A DNA stretch of 64,000 nt from Clostridia bacterium (GCA_017395685.1 JAFQOD010000073.1:5341-69340); one strand, 5' to 3'; numbered from the stretch's first letter, positions 38,716 through 48,024 are shown. The notes: generated from the letters alone by a model not told the origin. Translations and numbers: made by a program.

Positions 38716-40857
38716 GTGAATAAAATGTCTAAGATTCCGTCGAATTATATGGAACAGGTATATGCCGGCTGGCTGGGCAAGATTGTGGGTATCCGCCTGG
38801 GCGCTGCGGTGGAAGGCTGGGAATACCAGCGGATCAAGGAATTGTTCGGGGAACTGACCTATTATCCCGCCACCTACAAGCGTTTTGCCGCCGATGATGA
38901 CAGCAATGGCCCCCTCTATTTCCTGCGCGGCCTGGAAGATAGGCGGGGCGAAGTGATGACCCCTCAGGATGTGGGGGAAGCGCTGCTCAATTATGCCGCT
39001 TATGAGCATGGCTTTTTCTGGTGGGGCGGCTACGGCGTCTCCACCGAGCATACCTCCTATCTGAATCTGCGCCGGGGCATCAAGGCCCCCGACAGCGGAT
39101 CCATCGCCACCAACGGCGCCGCCATTGCCGAGCAGATCGGCGGCCAGATTTTCATCGATACCTGGGGCCTGGTTGCCCCCGGCAATCCTGATCTGGCGGC
39201 GGATCTGGCGGCCAAGGCTGCCTCCGTTACCCACGGCGGCAACGGCGTATACGGCGGCGTATTCGTGGCCACCTGCATTGCGGCGGCCTTTGTGGAAAAG
39301 GATATCCGCAAGGTAATGGAAATTGCCCTTTCCCATATTCCCGGCGATTGTGAATATACCCGTGTAGCCCGGGCGGTATTGAATTTCCATGATACCAAGC
39401 CCGAGGCCAGCTGGCGGGATTGCTTCCAGTTCCTGTATGATAATTTCGGCTATGATCGTTATCCCGGGGTGTGCCATATCATTCCCAATGCGGGCGTGAT
39501 GGTGCTTGCCATGGCATACGGCAACGGTGATTTTGAAGATACCCTGAATATCTGCAATATGTGCGGCTGGGATACCGACTGCAATGTGGGTAATGTGGGC
39601 ACCATCATGGGCGTACTGTGCGGCATTGAGGCCATCGATTATCAGAAGTGGCTGCGGCCCATCAACGATCTGTGCATCCGCTCCGGCGTGCTGGGGGATA
39701 TGAATATTGTGGATGTTCCCTACGGTGCCTGCTATATCGCCCGGCTTGCCTACCAGATGGCAGGGGAAGAAATCCCCGGCAAATGGAAGGATATTCTGGA
39801 AAACCGCATCCACGACTGTCATTTCGAATTTGAAAAGAGCACCCATGCCCTGGAAGTGCGCACCGTGGGCCGGGATAATACCTGGCATTTCGTCAATACC
39901 GATGAATCCGCCTATACGGGCGACCGGTGCCTGAAATTCTTTGCCACCCGTCTGGAGCCCGGCCAGGAATTGTATCTGCACCGCAGGAATTATTACTGGA
40001 TGAAGGATTTTTCCGATTCCCGGTATGATCCTTGCTTCTCTCCCATCTTCTATCCCGGCCAGACCGTGGAAGTGGCTGTGGGCGTGCCGGAATACGGCGA
40101 TGATATTGAAGTATGGGCCTATGCCCGGGATACCCGGATGGGCAAGGATTTCACCGGAGAAAAGGTGATCATCAAGCGGGGTGAATGGCAGAAGCTGTCC
40201 CTTACCGTGCCCGGCTATGAAGGCGGCCTGGTGGATGAATGCGGCGTATGCCTGGTGGCTCCCACCGAAAAGCGGCGGAAGGGCTTCCAGCTGGTTGCCT
40301 ATATCGATGATCTGCATTATTCCGGTCAGCCCGATTACACTGTGGAGCTGAAGAACGAAGTAAAGGAATACTGGACTGAGCGGCATCAGGATATCACCCA
40401 GATGACCCGTATGCGGGGCATGGCCGAAATGGCAGAGCGAGGCATGCGGATTGCCTGCGAGGAAGAGGGCGAATGGTATACCGGCTGCCACAGCTGGAAG
40501 GATTATGATGCCTCCTTCACTTTTACCCCCGAATCCGGCAATGAGCATCTGGCCCTTTTCCGGGTGCAGGGCGCCATCCGCAGCTATGCTGCCGGCTTTG
40601 TTGACGGAAAATTTGTCATCCAGAAGAATGATAACGGCTATACCACCCTGGCCGAAACCGATTGCCCCATCCGGATGGGTGAAACGCTGACGGTATCGGT
40701 GAGTGTCCGGGGCAACAAGATCGAAGCCCGCTGCGCCGGCATCATTCTGAATGTGGAGGATACCTCTGCCCGGCCCTATCTGGAGGGCGAAGTGGGCGTG
40801 GCTGTGCGCAATCAATCCACCGCTGTTGTTGAGCGGATCCGTGTCAAAGGGGTGTAA
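38716..40857 (+). CDS. ADP-ribosylglycohydrolase-family fusion protein (tandem paralog of 36516..38651)
   Basis: Collinear with the preceding gene at roughly 55-60% aa identity; the same ARH metal-site motifs (FAADDDSNGP, CGWDTDCNVGNVG) and homologous C-terminal domain. Confidence 0.75.
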   Translation: MNKMSKIPSNYMEQVYAGWLGKIVGIRLGAAVEGWEYQRIKELFGELTYYPATYKRFAADDDSNGPLYFLRGLEDRRGEVMTPQDVGEALLNYAAYEHGFFWWGGYGVSTEHTSYLNLRRGIKAPDSGSIATNGAAIAEQIGGQIFIDTWGLVAPGNPDLAADLAAKAASVTHGGNGVYGGVFVATCIAAAFVEKDIRKVMEIALSHIPGDCEYTRVARAVLNFHDTKPEASWRDCFQFLYDNFGYDRYPGVCHIIPNAGVMVLAMAYGNGDFEDTLNICNMCGWDTDCNVGNVGTIMGVLCGIEAIDYQKWLRPINDLCIRSGVLGDMNIVDVPYGACYIARLAYQMAGEEIPGKWKDILENRIHDCHFEFEKSTHALEVRTVGRDNTWHFVNTDESAYTGDRCLKFFATRLEPGQELYLHRRNYYWMKDFSDSRYDPCFSPIFYPGQTVEVAVGVPEYGDDIEVWAYARDTRMGKDFTGEKVIIKRGEWQKLSLTVPGYEGGLVDECGVCLVAPTEKRRKGFQLVAYIDDLHYSGQPDYTVELKNEVKEYWTERHQDITQMTRMRGMAEMAERGMRIACEEEGEWYTGCHSWKDYDASFTFTPESGNEHLALFRVQGAIRSYAAGFVDGKFVIQKNDNGYTTLAETDCPIRMGETLTVSVSVRGNKIEARCAGIILNVEDTSARPYLEGEVGVAVRNQSTAVVERIRVKGV

Positions 40858-40863
40858 GCTGAT

Positions 40864-42222
40864 ATGAAGACTACCATTCTCTCTCCCTGTGGTATTCTGG
40901 GCTATGGTTTTCCCGAAAGTTCCTTCCGGGCGGCCATTGCCCAGCGGCCGGACGCCATCGTGGTGGATGCCGGCAGCACCGACGCAGGCCCTCATAAGCT
41001 GGGCGCAGGAACGGCCATTGTCAGCCGGATGGCCTGCAAAAAGGATCTGAAGCTGCTGATGGAAGGGGCCAAGGCCCTTTCCATCCCCCTGGTGATCGGC
41101 TCTGCCGGCGGCTCCGGCGCCCGGACCCATGTGAACTGGACGCTGAGCATCATTGAAGAATTGGCCCGGGAAATGGATTGGCAGGCCTCTCTGGCGGTGA
41201 TCTGGGCGGATATTCCCAAGGATCATATCCTGGCCCAGCAGGAAAAGGGCGGGGTAACCAAAATGAGCCCCAATGTGCCCGATATCACCAAAGAAAGCCT
41301 GGACGCCACCAACGGCGTAGTGGCCCAGATGGGCGCAGAGCCCATCATCAAGGCCCTGGAGGCCGGCGCCCAGATCATCGTCTGCGGCCGTGCCTACGAT
41401 CCTGCGCCCTTTGCCGCCGTTGCCATGCACAGGGGCCATGACGCCGCCCTGGGCTTCCATCTGGGCAAGATCCTGGAATGCGGCACCCTCTGCGCCGAGC
41501 CCGGAACAGCCAAGGACTGCATGCTGGGCATGCTGGATGATACCGGCTTTGAAGTATGGCCGGCTGATCCCAAGCGCAAGTGCACCCCCGTTACCGTGGC
41601 CGCCCACACCTTCTATGAAAAGGATCATCCCTACATTCTGAAGGGCCCCGGCATGGTGCTCAATCTGGAAGGCTGCATCTTTACCGACTGCGGCGAAGGC
41701 CGTGTGCGGGTGGAAGGCAGCAGGCTGGAATGGATCCCCTATACCATCAAGCTGGAGGGGGCCAGGCTCAGGGCATACCGCACCTTCGTATTGGCCGGGA
41801 TCCGGGATCCCCTGCTTATCAGCCGTCTGGATGAAGTGGAGGCGGAAGTGCGCCGCCAGGTGAAGGAATATTATTCGGAAATCCCGGAAGATCAGTATCA
41901 GATCAATTTCTATCATTACGGTATTGACGGCGTAATGGGCGAATTGGAGCCCGATCGCACGCTGCCCCATGAAGTGGGATTGATGTTTGAGGTGCTGGCG
42001 GGCACCCAGGAAATGGCCAACGCCATCTGCGCCACCGTCCGTTCCAGCTATCTGCATTACGGCTATCCCGGGCGCAAATCCACGGCGGGCAATCTGGCCT
42101 TCCCCTTCGCCCCCAGCGATGTGCAGTTTGGGGCGGTATATATGTTCTCCGTATATCATCTGATGCAGGTGGCAGATCCCTGCGCTCTGTTCCCCATTGA
42201 ATACAGGGAGGTGGGCGTATGA
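40864..42222 (+). CDS. DUF1446 (acyclic terpene utilization AtuA-like) family protein
   Basis: 452 aa; N-terminal ILSPCGILGYGFP and overall architecture resemble AtuA-like proteins. Called from recollection of the family, not from a search. Confidence 0.6.
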   Translation: MKTTILSPCGILGYGFPESSFRAAIAQRPDAIVVDAGSTDAGPHKLGAGTAIVSRMACKKDLKLLMEGAKALSIPLVIGSAGGSGARTHVNWTLSIIEELAREMDWQASLAVIWADIPKDHILAQQEKGGVTKMSPNVPDITKESLDATNGVVAQMGAEPIIKALEAGAQIIVCGRAYDPAPFAAVAMHRGHDAALGFHLGKILECGTLCAEPGTAKDCMLGMLDDTGFEVWPADPKRKCTPVTVAAHTFYEKDHPYILKGPGMVLNLEGCIFTDCGEGRVRVEGSRLEWIPYTIKLEGARLRAYRTFVLAGIRDPLLISRLDEVEAEVRRQVKEYYSEIPEDQYQINFYHYGIDGVMGELEPDRTLPHEVGLMFEVLAGTQEMANAICATVRSSYLHYGYPGRKSTAGNLAFPFAPSDVQFGAVYMFSVYHLMQVADPCALFPIEYREVGV

Positions 42223-42530
42223 CCATTTATGAAGCAGCCCATGTGGTGCGTTCCAAGAACAGCGGCCCCTTTGCCGTGACGCTGGATATCCTGTTTGACC
42301 GAAGCGAGGAATATTTCCGCCTGAAAAATTCCGGGATGATCACCCCGGAGTTTGTTGCCGGCCTGTACCGGATTTCCCCGGAAGATATTACCGATTTTGC
42401 CTGGTTTGATGCGGGGCTTGGGGTCAAGATCACGTATCTGAGAAAGGTTGCCTCCGGTACGGTGGGCGATCGGGATGTATATGGCGCTCAGCAGCATGCG
42501 CCCCTGCTCATGCTGGAAATGCCTGAATAA
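42219..42530 (+). CDS. DUF4387-like small protein, translationally coupled to the DUF1446 gene
   Basis: 103 aa; its start overlaps the upstream stop (ATGA); RBS GAGGTGG. DUF1446/DUF4387 commonly occur as pairs. Confidence 0.55.
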   Translation: MTIYEAAHVVRSKNSGPFAVTLDILFDRSEEYFRLKNSGMITPEFVAGLYRISPEDITDFAWFDAGLGVKITYLRKVASGTVGDRDVYGAQQHAPLLMLEMPE

Positions 42531-42543
42531 GGAGGCGGAACCT

Positions 42544-43515
42544 GTGCGCAGAGGAATTGCCTGTCTCATGATTTTGCTGCTGCTGTGCCCGGCAATTCCG
42601 GGGTATTGTGCGGAGGATGATGAAATGACGATCATGGAAAAAATCCTGTCCGTTAAAAAGACGATGCCGGATAAATCCCTGTTTGATAATCTGCCCATTC
42701 TTTCCAAAAAGGAAATGGGAATGCCCATCGGGGCGATCACCTACCAATGGAAGGAAGGCCGCTTTACGGCCGATGTGCACTTTGGGGCCAATATGCCCGT
42801 AACACCCCTTCGGGATATCCACGGCCGCTTTAAGGCAATCAGCGGCGAAGCGGAATACGGCTATCTTCTGTATCTGCCGGAAAATTTCGATCCCGCCCGG
42901 GAATATCCCACCATTCTTTTCCTCCACGGCATCGGGGAAAGGGGAAGCAATCCTGCGGATCTGATCCCCTACGGGCCCTTCCAGTATATTCTGGCGGGCA
43001 ATGAACTGGATATGATCATCATTGCCCCCCAGGTGGAAAAGGAAAATCACTGGGTGGAGGATCCCAATGAAGGGGAAGTGGATACCCAGATGAAGCGGCT
43101 TTCCCTCTTCCTGGATCAGATGAAGCAAAAATATCCCATCGATGAAAGCCGCATTTATCTCACCGGCCTTTCCATGGGCGGCCGGGGCACCTATAAGCTG
43201 GCCTGCTATCTGCCCGATACCTTTGCCGCGGTGGCGGCCTGCTGCGGCCGTGCCGGTGTGCGGGAGGAGCCCTATCATTTCTTCTATGATCTTAGCAAAA
43301 TGGCGGATCAGCCCGTCTGGCTGATCCATGGCCTGGCGGATACCACGGTGGACGCCAATCATTCCCTGGCGGCCATGGACAGGCTGCTTTCGCTGAATGA
43401 GGAGGGCAATTTCCGCCTGACCTTGTATCCCGGGGTAGGCCATGCCAGCTATGATATCATCTATCGGGATCCTGCCCTGTATACATGGCTCAGCCAATGG
43501 CGCCGGGGCGAATAA
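42544..43515 (+). CDS. secreted alpha/beta-hydrolase esterase (carboxylesterase / PHB-depolymerase-like)
   Basis: GTG start with RBS AAGGAGG; signal peptide MRRGIACLMILLLLCPAIPGYCA; GLSMGG nucleophile elbow; ILFLHGIGERG. Confidence 0.7.
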   Translation: MRRGIACLMILLLLCPAIPGYCAEDDEMTIMEKILSVKKTMPDKSLFDNLPILSKKEMGMPIGAITYQWKEGRFTADVHFGANMPVTPLRDIHGRFKAISGEAEYGYLLYLPENFDPAREYPTILFLHGIGERGSNPADLIPYGPFQYILAGNELDMIIIAPQVEKENHWVEDPNEGEVDTQMKRLSLFLDQMKQKYPIDESRIYLTGLSMGGRGTYKLACYLPDTFAAVAACCGRAGVREEPYHFFYDLSKMADQPVWLIHGLADTTVDANHSLAAMDRLLSLNEEGNFRLTLYPGVGHASYDIIYRDPALYTWLSQWRRGE

Positions 43516-43531
43516 CATGAGGTGATGCAAT

Positions 43532-44413
43532 ATGAAAATGCTTGTCTTTGGATCACTGAATATTGATCATACCTATCGGATGCCCCATCTGGTGCGGGCA
43601 GGGGAAACCCTGGCCTCAGCCAGCTATCAGCGCAATGCGGGGGGCAAGGGCCTCAATCAGACCATTGCCCTGGCCCGGGCAGGGCAGCCGGTTTCCATGG
43701 CCGGGGCCATCGGCGAGGATGGATTATTCCTCAAGGCCTATCTGGATTCCTTTGGGGTGGATACCAGCCTGATCCGCATCTGCGAGGAGGCCACCGGCCA
43801 TGCCATCATCCAGCTGGATGCGGAGGGGCAGAATGCCATCATGCTGTACGGCGGCGCCAATCAGCAGATGACGAAGGAAAGCGTATCCGATGCGCTCAGC
43901 GGATTCGGCCCGGGGGATTATCTGCTTTTGCAGAATGAAATCAACTGCCTGGATGAAATCGTCCGCCTGGCGAAGGAGAAGGGAATGAAGGTCATCCTCA
44001 ATCCCAGCCCCATGAGCGACAGCCTTCCTGCGCTGCTGCCTCAGGTGGATTGGCTGATTCTCAATGAAGTGGAAGGGGCGGATCTGACCGGCACATCCGA
44101 TCCGGATGCCATTGTGGATGCCCTGCTGGCCCGTTATCCCGCCTGCCGCATCGTGCTGACCCTGGGCACCCAGGGATCCATGTATGCAGACGGCGAAAAC
44201 CGGTATTTCCAGCCGGTGATCAAGGTGGAAGCGGTGGATACCACGGCGGCCGGCGATACCTTTACGGGCTTCTTTTTCCAGAGCGTGCTCAGCGGCAGGG
44301 ATATTCCCTATGCCCTCCGTCTGGCGGCCAATGCATCCGCCATTGCGGTAACGCGCCCTGGCGCCGGTGGCTCCATTCCTTCTCTGGATGAAGTGCTTGA
44401 AAAAATGAAATAA
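43532..44413 (+). CDS. rbsK: ribokinase
   Basis: PfkB fold with NxxG and the ribokinase signature AVDTTAAGDTFTG near the C-terminus; 293 aa. Confidence 0.85.
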   Translation: MKMLVFGSLNIDHTYRMPHLVRAGETLASASYQRNAGGKGLNQTIALARAGQPVSMAGAIGEDGLFLKAYLDSFGVDTSLIRICEEATGHAIIQLDAEGQNAIMLYGGANQQMTKESVSDALSGFGPGDYLLLQNEINCLDEIVRLAKEKGMKVILNPSPMSDSLPALLPQVDWLILNEVEGADLTGTSDPDAIVDALLARYPACRIVLTLGTQGSMYADGENRYFQPVIKVEAVDTTAAGDTFTGFFFQSVLSGRDIPYALRLAANASAIAVTRPGAGGSIPSLDEVLEKMK

Positions 44414-44422
44414 AGGAAAAAT

Positions 44423-44459
44423 GCGGGCTGCCCGTTTGTTTGGCAAGCCCGCTTTTTTA
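44423..44459 (+). terminator. candidate rho-independent terminator after ribokinase (possibly partial read-through)
   Basis: GCGGGCTGCCCGTTTGTTTGGCAAGCCCGC followed by TTTTTTATT. Confidence 0.5.
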
Positions 44460-44473
44460 TTGGGGAGAATTAG

Positions 44474-45169
44474 ATGATTGAAAATCAGTGGCTGAATATT
44501 CCTGCATCAAGGATGCTCTATATGGTTCGCCACAGGATCATGGAGGGCGATTGCCAGGCGGAGCATGGCCCGGTGGTGCTGCATCTGGATGCCTATCAGA
44601 TCCAGAAATACCCCGTCACCAATGCCCAGTATATGCGGTTTGTGGAGCAGACCGGGTATTGCCCGGCGGATGGAAGCGGCTTTCTGCGGCATCTGCAGGG
44701 CGGATTGAATGGGGAGAATGCCGATCTGCCCGTCACCTGGATCAATCAGGGGGATGCTGCGGCCTATGCGGCCTGGATCGGGGGCCGCCTGCCTACCCAG
44801 GCCCAGTGGCAGCATGCAGCCGAAGGCCCTGACGGGCTGATCTGGCCCTGGGGCAATCAATTTGACGCCTCCTGCGCCAATGGGGACAGCCCGTCCCTGA
44901 CGCCTGTGGACCGTTACCCCCAGGGGGCCAGCCCCTTTGGGGTGATGGATCTGTGCGGCAATGCATGGGAATGGACGGATGAGATCATGGATGACGGCAT
45001 GCATCGCTTTGCTCTGCTGCGGGGCGGCTGCCATTATCGGGGGGAGCATTTCTGGCATATGGAGGGCGGCTGTCACAGCAATCAGAATCATGAAAAAATG
45101 CCGCTGCTGGGCGGGGGCCTGGATCGGTCCGCTACTGTATCCTTTCGCTGTGTCAGGGAGGTGAAATAA
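44474..45169 (+). CDS. formylglycine-generating-enzyme (FGE/SUMF1) family protein
   Basis: FGE-sulfatase domain motifs: YPVTNAQYMRFVEQTGY, LPTQAQWQHAAEG, GNAWEWT, RGGCHY. The exact start within 44474-44530 is uncertain. Confidence 0.7.
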   Translation: MIENQWLNIPASRMLYMVRHRIMEGDCQAEHGPVVLHLDAYQIQKYPVTNAQYMRFVEQTGYCPADGSGFLRHLQGGLNGENADLPVTWINQGDAAAYAAWIGGRLPTQAQWQHAAEGPDGLIWPWGNQFDASCANGDSPSLTPVDRYPQGASPFGVMDLCGNAWEWTDEIMDDGMHRFALLRGGCHYRGEHFWHMEGGCHSNQNHEKMPLLGGGLDRSATVSFRCVREVK

Positions 45170-45171
45170 GC

Positions 45172-46902
45172 ATGGAAATGATCCGGGCAGGCGCATTGCA
45201 CATGGAAATTCAGGATGGCATGCTTTCTGCTTATCTGGATGATCTGCCCTTATTTCAGGGCCCTGAGGAATTATTCGCCCTGTGGCTGGAGGGAGTGGGG
45301 AATTATTCCCCCGGAGATATGGAAATGACCGCAGATCGCGAAGCAGGGCCGGGGTGGGAGCTGCTTACTGCCGCCTTCCGGAAGGAAGGGGCACTGCTTC
45401 GCATGGATTTTTTGAGCCGGGAGGAAGAAATCCGGGTATCTGCATCCATTACGGTGGATTGGCCGGAGGGCATTCCCGGGCGTGCATCCCTTCGCCTGCC
45501 CTGGCTGGCCGCTTTCCGGATGGAAAATGGGGCGGAGCGCTTTCCGGCAAAGATCGGCCGGAAGCGCAGCGGCGCCACTGCCCTGCAGATGAAAAAGCTG
45601 TGCCCGCCGCCCTATTGCCTGGAAGGGCCGGACGGCAGGGGCATCGGGGCGTATTTCCCGCTGGATGCGGCCAATATTTCCTGGGATCCCTGCCGGAATT
45701 TTGAATTATGTGATATCGCCTCCAGAAAGGATCTGGAAAATCATTGCCTGCATCTGCGGCTGTCCCCAACCCCAACCCTGGCTGTGGATATCCGCCTGTG
45801 GCCCCTTTCGGACGGCTGGCGGCAGTGCTTCCGCCGTTTCCGGGAAATCATCCGGGCACGGGTGCCCCAGGATCAGTATGCCAGGGAGGATCTCAGATGG
45901 ATCCGGGATACCTGCCTGTGCCATTTCACTTATGCATTCAGCCGGGAATTTTTTGATTATGAAAGTGGCAAACCGGATCTGGATAAGCTGCTGCAGGAGG
46001 GAGAGGCCTTCGGCGGATATGACTGCATTCTCTTGTGGCATGAATATCCCCGCCTGGGGCTGGACAGCCGAACTCAATGGGATTTTTATGATGATTATCC
46101 CGGCGGGCGGGAAGGGCTGAAGCAATTGATTGCCCGGGCCCATGAAAAGGGGGTCAGGGTGATGCTGCCCTTCAAGCCCTGGGACAGCACCCCCGATGAA
46201 AACAGCCATCAGACCACCGCCCGTATTGCCGCACTGATCCGGGAACTGGATGTGGACGGTATCTTTTACGATACCATGAATACCGTGCCGGAATCCTTCC
46301 GTGCGGCCATTGACGCCGCCCGGCCCGGGGTGGTATTCGTCAGTGAATCAGAGCCCCATGAAACACGGGCCCTGGAGATGATCACCTGCTCCTGGAATCA
46401 GTACCGCACCGATTGGTCCATGCCGGAAAGCAATCTGATCCGTTTTCTGTTTCCGCTGCATACCCGGCATGCCATTTCCCGGTGGCATATGGGGGCGCAG
46501 AAGGATATTGCCATCCAGCGTGCCGTATTCAACGGGGAAGGAATGGTCATCTGGCAGGATATTTTCGGGGCATGGCTGCCCTATTCCCCGGCCCAGAAGC
46601 AGGAAATTGCCCGGTGGAAGCAGCTGCGGAAGGAATTTTTACCCCTGCTGGAAACGATGGATTGCGTTCCGCTGCTGACCACGCTGGCCCCGGATGTGCA
46701 TGCCAATGGCTTTTTCTGCGGGGATAAGGCCATTATCACTTTGTGGCTGGATGGGGATGAGCCCTGGGAGGGAGAGTTGATCAGCCGCCTGCCCTATGCC
46801 TCCGCCTGCGATCGCTGGGGCGGCCAGCCCATGAAGATGGAGGATGGGGTGCTGTCCGGCCGGCTGGAGCCGGGAAGGGCCGCCTTTGTGGTGCTGGAAT
46901 AA
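45172..46902 (+). CDS. hypothetical protein, possible TIM-barrel glycoside-hydrolase-like
   Basis: 576 aa; RBS GGAGGTG. The central segment LWHEYPRLGLDS...GGREGLKQLIARAHEKGVRVMLPFKPWD...DGIFYDTMN resembles a (beta/alpha)8 hydrolase core; no confident family. Confidence 0.45.
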   Translation: MEMIRAGALHMEIQDGMLSAYLDDLPLFQGPEELFALWLEGVGNYSPGDMEMTADREAGPGWELLTAAFRKEGALLRMDFLSREEEIRVSASITVDWPEGIPGRASLRLPWLAAFRMENGAERFPAKIGRKRSGATALQMKKLCPPPYCLEGPDGRGIGAYFPLDAANISWDPCRNFELCDIASRKDLENHCLHLRLSPTPTLAVDIRLWPLSDGWRQCFRRFREIIRARVPQDQYAREDLRWIRDTCLCHFTYAFSREFFDYESGKPDLDKLLQEGEAFGGYDCILLWHEYPRLGLDSRTQWDFYDDYPGGREGLKQLIARAHEKGVRVMLPFKPWDSTPDENSHQTTARIAALIRELDVDGIFYDTMNTVPESFRAAIDAARPGVVFVSESEPHETRALEMITCSWNQYRTDWSMPESNLIRFLFPLHTRHAISRWHMGAQKDIAIQRAVFNGEGMVIWQDIFGAWLPYSPAQKQEIARWKQLRKEFLPLLETMDCVPLLTTLAPDVHANGFFCGDKAIITLWLDGDEPWEGELISRLPYASACDRWGGQPMKMEDGVLSGRLEPGRAAFVVLE

Positions 46903-46999
46903 ATGGCTGCGGTTATGACATTGCCGGATGAATAAAAATGTGATAAGGTAAGGGCGGAAATAAGCGCATCGTTTGATTTTTATAGCGGAGGGATTCATC

Positions 47000-47824
47000 A
47001 TGGAAAAGATTCTGATCGGTTATCAGCTGTATTCTGCCCGGGAAGAAATGGCCAATGATTTCAGGGGCACGCTGGAAAAGGTGAAGGCCCTTGGCTATGA
47101 TGCGGTGGAATTTGCCGGCCTGTTCGGCAGGGCGCCCGGGGAAATCCGTAAAATGCTGGATGAAGTGGGGCTGACCGCCATCTCTGCCCATGTGCCCTAT
47201 GATGTGATCAGGGCGGATATGGATCAGGCCATCCGGGATTATCAGCAGATCGGCTGCCGGTATATCACCGTTCCCTTCCTGGGGGATCAGGACCGGCCCG
47301 GCGCCCCCGGCTTTGCCAAAGTGATTGCCCTCATCCGTCAGTTCGGGGAAAAATGCAAAAAGGCGGGCATCACCCTGCTCTATCACAATCATGATTTTGA
47401 ATTTGTGCAGGTTTCCGGCATGTACGGCCTGGATTTTTTGTATGATGCGGTGCCGGCGGAATATCTGGAAACGGAAATCGATACCTGCTGGGTGCGCTAT
47501 GCCGGGGAGGATCCCGCCGCCTATATCCGCAGGTATGCTTCCCGCTGCCCCATCGTGCATCTCAAGGATTATGTGGGCGTCAAGGGCGGCGCACAGCCCT
47601 ATGCCCTCATCAATGCGGATGGCAGCGATGACGGAAAGAATGAAAATGTGGCCTTCCAGTTCATGCCCGTGGGATACGGATGCCAGGATGTGGCCGCCAT
47701 CATCCGGGCGGGGCTGGAAAGCGGCGCCCATACCTTCATTGTGGAGCAGGATCAGTGGTATGACCGCCATCCCCTGGAGGCGGCCAGGATGAGCCTGGAA
47801 ACGGTGAAGAGACTGCTGAAATAA
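47000..47824 (+). CDS. sugar phosphate isomerase/epimerase (xylose-isomerase-like TIM barrel)
   Basis: Start MEKILIGYQLYS with RBS GGAGGGA; AP_endonuc_2/XylA-like motifs (AVEFAG, LLYHNHDFEF, HLKD). Confidence 0.8.
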   Translation: MEKILIGYQLYSAREEMANDFRGTLEKVKALGYDAVEFAGLFGRAPGEIRKMLDEVGLTAISAHVPYDVIRADMDQAIRDYQQIGCRYITVPFLGDQDRPGAPGFAKVIALIRQFGEKCKKAGITLLYHNHDFEFVQVSGMYGLDFLYDAVPAEYLETEIDTCWVRYAGEDPAAYIRRYASRCPIVHLKDYVGVKGGAQPYALINADGSDDGKNENVAFQFMPVGYGCQDVAAIIRAGLESGAHTFIVEQDQWYDRHPLEAARMSLETVKRLLK

Positions 47825-47837
47825 AAATGGTGAAAAT

Positions 47838-47868
47838 GCCGGGTCTCCTGCGGGGGGCCCGGTTTTTT
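47838..47868 (+). terminator. rho-independent terminator at end of the long sugar operon
   Basis: GCCGGGTCTCCTGCGGGGGGCCCGG followed by TTTTTT. Confidence 0.6.
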
Positions 47869-47914
47869 GATGGAAGTTTTGCTGCCAGCTTCCACCTTTT
47901 GCGGCCTGGGCTTA

Positions 47915-47943
47915 TTGCTTTTATCATGCCGGAATGATATAAT
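47915..47943 (+). promoter_or_regulatory. candidate sigma70 promoter for the SPFH-TIR gene block in an AT-rich intergenic island
   Basis: TTGCTT, 17-nt spacer, TATAAT. The 150-bp region 47871-48024 is markedly AT-rich against a GC-rich background. Confidence 0.4.
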
Positions 47944-48024
47944 AAATTGATATGTCGTATTTTGTCATAATAATGTATGATTTTTTTAAACTGTCTGTTG
48001 AACGATTGAAAGCGGAGTGAAAAC

